From assembly GCA_030324005.1 (NCBI GenBank), contig JARDVH010000099.1:48064818-48128817 (forward strand): a stretch of 64,000 nucleotides of DNA, read 5' to 3'. Both the position numbers and the translations under genes were made by a program. The notes below the pieces were generated by a model that saw only the letters and a program-made list of their open reading frames with translations, was not told where the DNA came from and searched no databases. This document shows positions 63,151 through 64,000 of the stretch, in pieces. This DNA comes from Negaprion brevirostris (Eukaryota). Within the stretch, counting starts at the first letter, position 1. Each line of letters starts with the position of its first letter.

Positions 63151-64000
63151 CTTTGTTTAATTTAACTAATTGGTTTCAAATTTTGAAATATTAATTAACT
63201 GTTGTCTGTAGTTATAACAAGCCATTGGCTAACCTATATATTTAATGCAATACTTGTATCTCCCAGGTACTAGTTTAAACTAGTGATAAAATCTTAAAAC
63301 CACGCTAAGCAATCACCAACTTGTTCACCTAATTAAAGCCTTGAACACTCAACATCTTCTGGAGGCTGGAAAGAAAGATATAAAAAGCAGCACCTCTTTC
63401 CTCCTCTGCAGTAAATTCCCACCTGCGCCAAATTAGCGCTTGTATCTTTTTGTATTTGGGCCATGTCACACTCTGCAGTCTTATATTCTGCAATAACAAA
63501 GCCTGTCGAGGAGAAACATAACTGGATGATGACTGTAATGTAGCATAAAAATTGCTGTTAAATAAAATGGCAGCAAATAGGCTAAGATAGAAACTTTAAA
63601 TTGCGTACGTATGGGTATAACAAGAAAGACATATTGGGATGGTGTTGATGCGAGAAGGTAACTAGTGCAATATCAGAGCACCGATCCTGAACAAAACCTG
63701 GTTCATAGATTTGCAGTGTGGTAGAAGGTACAGCTCAGGAATGATGGTAATCCACTAGAAGCTGACAAAAGAATGGACCTGGAGAGGTTGATAGCAAAGC
63801 TGATGGAGCTCCTGAGTCTAATCTAGAAGCTGTTTAAGAAGGGGATGATGGGTCAGTGATGTAGAAGAGATTGATCTAGAGAAATATTTGAGGAACGAAT
63901 GTTCATTCTGGATTAATGAAGGTACAGAGAGTAATCTAGAAAAACATGATATCCAAGAAACCAAGTGTAGGTCCATTAGAGAAACTTGCAGTCTGTTGAA

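Noticed and set aside
43789-64000. PPP2R5A second coding exon (expected ...QELF.QKLQQCC..FDF...) and intronic snoRNA/miRNA
   Set aside because: Not found by eye or in the ORF track. The intron apparently extends beyond the window, although gaps could hide sequence.

Overview
Eukaryotic (vertebrate) genomic DNA, almost certainly a shark/elasmobranch: HE1-type V-SINEs, HER1/CR1 LINE tails and Penelope-type palindromes are present, with many 100-N scaffold gaps. The + strand carries the last nine coding exons of DTL/CDT2 (1122-14569: WD40 repeats, Ser/Pro-rich tail, KEN box, C-terminal PIP box). About 29 kb downstream is a CpG-island promoter and the first coding exon of PPP2R5A (PP2A B56-alpha, 43629-43788), whose next intron runs off the window. 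The same gene order is found in human. The rest is mostly decayed transposable elements (CR1, L2, Rex1/Babar, Tx1, Harbinger, SINEs, Penelope-like pseudo-LTRs). Most notable: (i) several Penelope-type inverted repeats carrying minimal hammerhead-ribozyme cores; (ii) two Tx1 3' ends inserted at the same ACCTATTA motif inside a TSD-flanked solo-LTR-like element; (iii) a decayed, compact UACA/RAI14-like ankyrin-coiled-coil copy inside the PPP2R5A intron; (iv) splice-signal evidence for a divergent minus-strand transcript from the PPP2R5A promoter; (v) a cryptic ~40-bp tandem repeat just downstream of the PPP2R5A exon. No prokaryote-style novel system (CRISPR etc.) is present. All family assignments are by recognition, not database search, and repeat boundaries are approximate.
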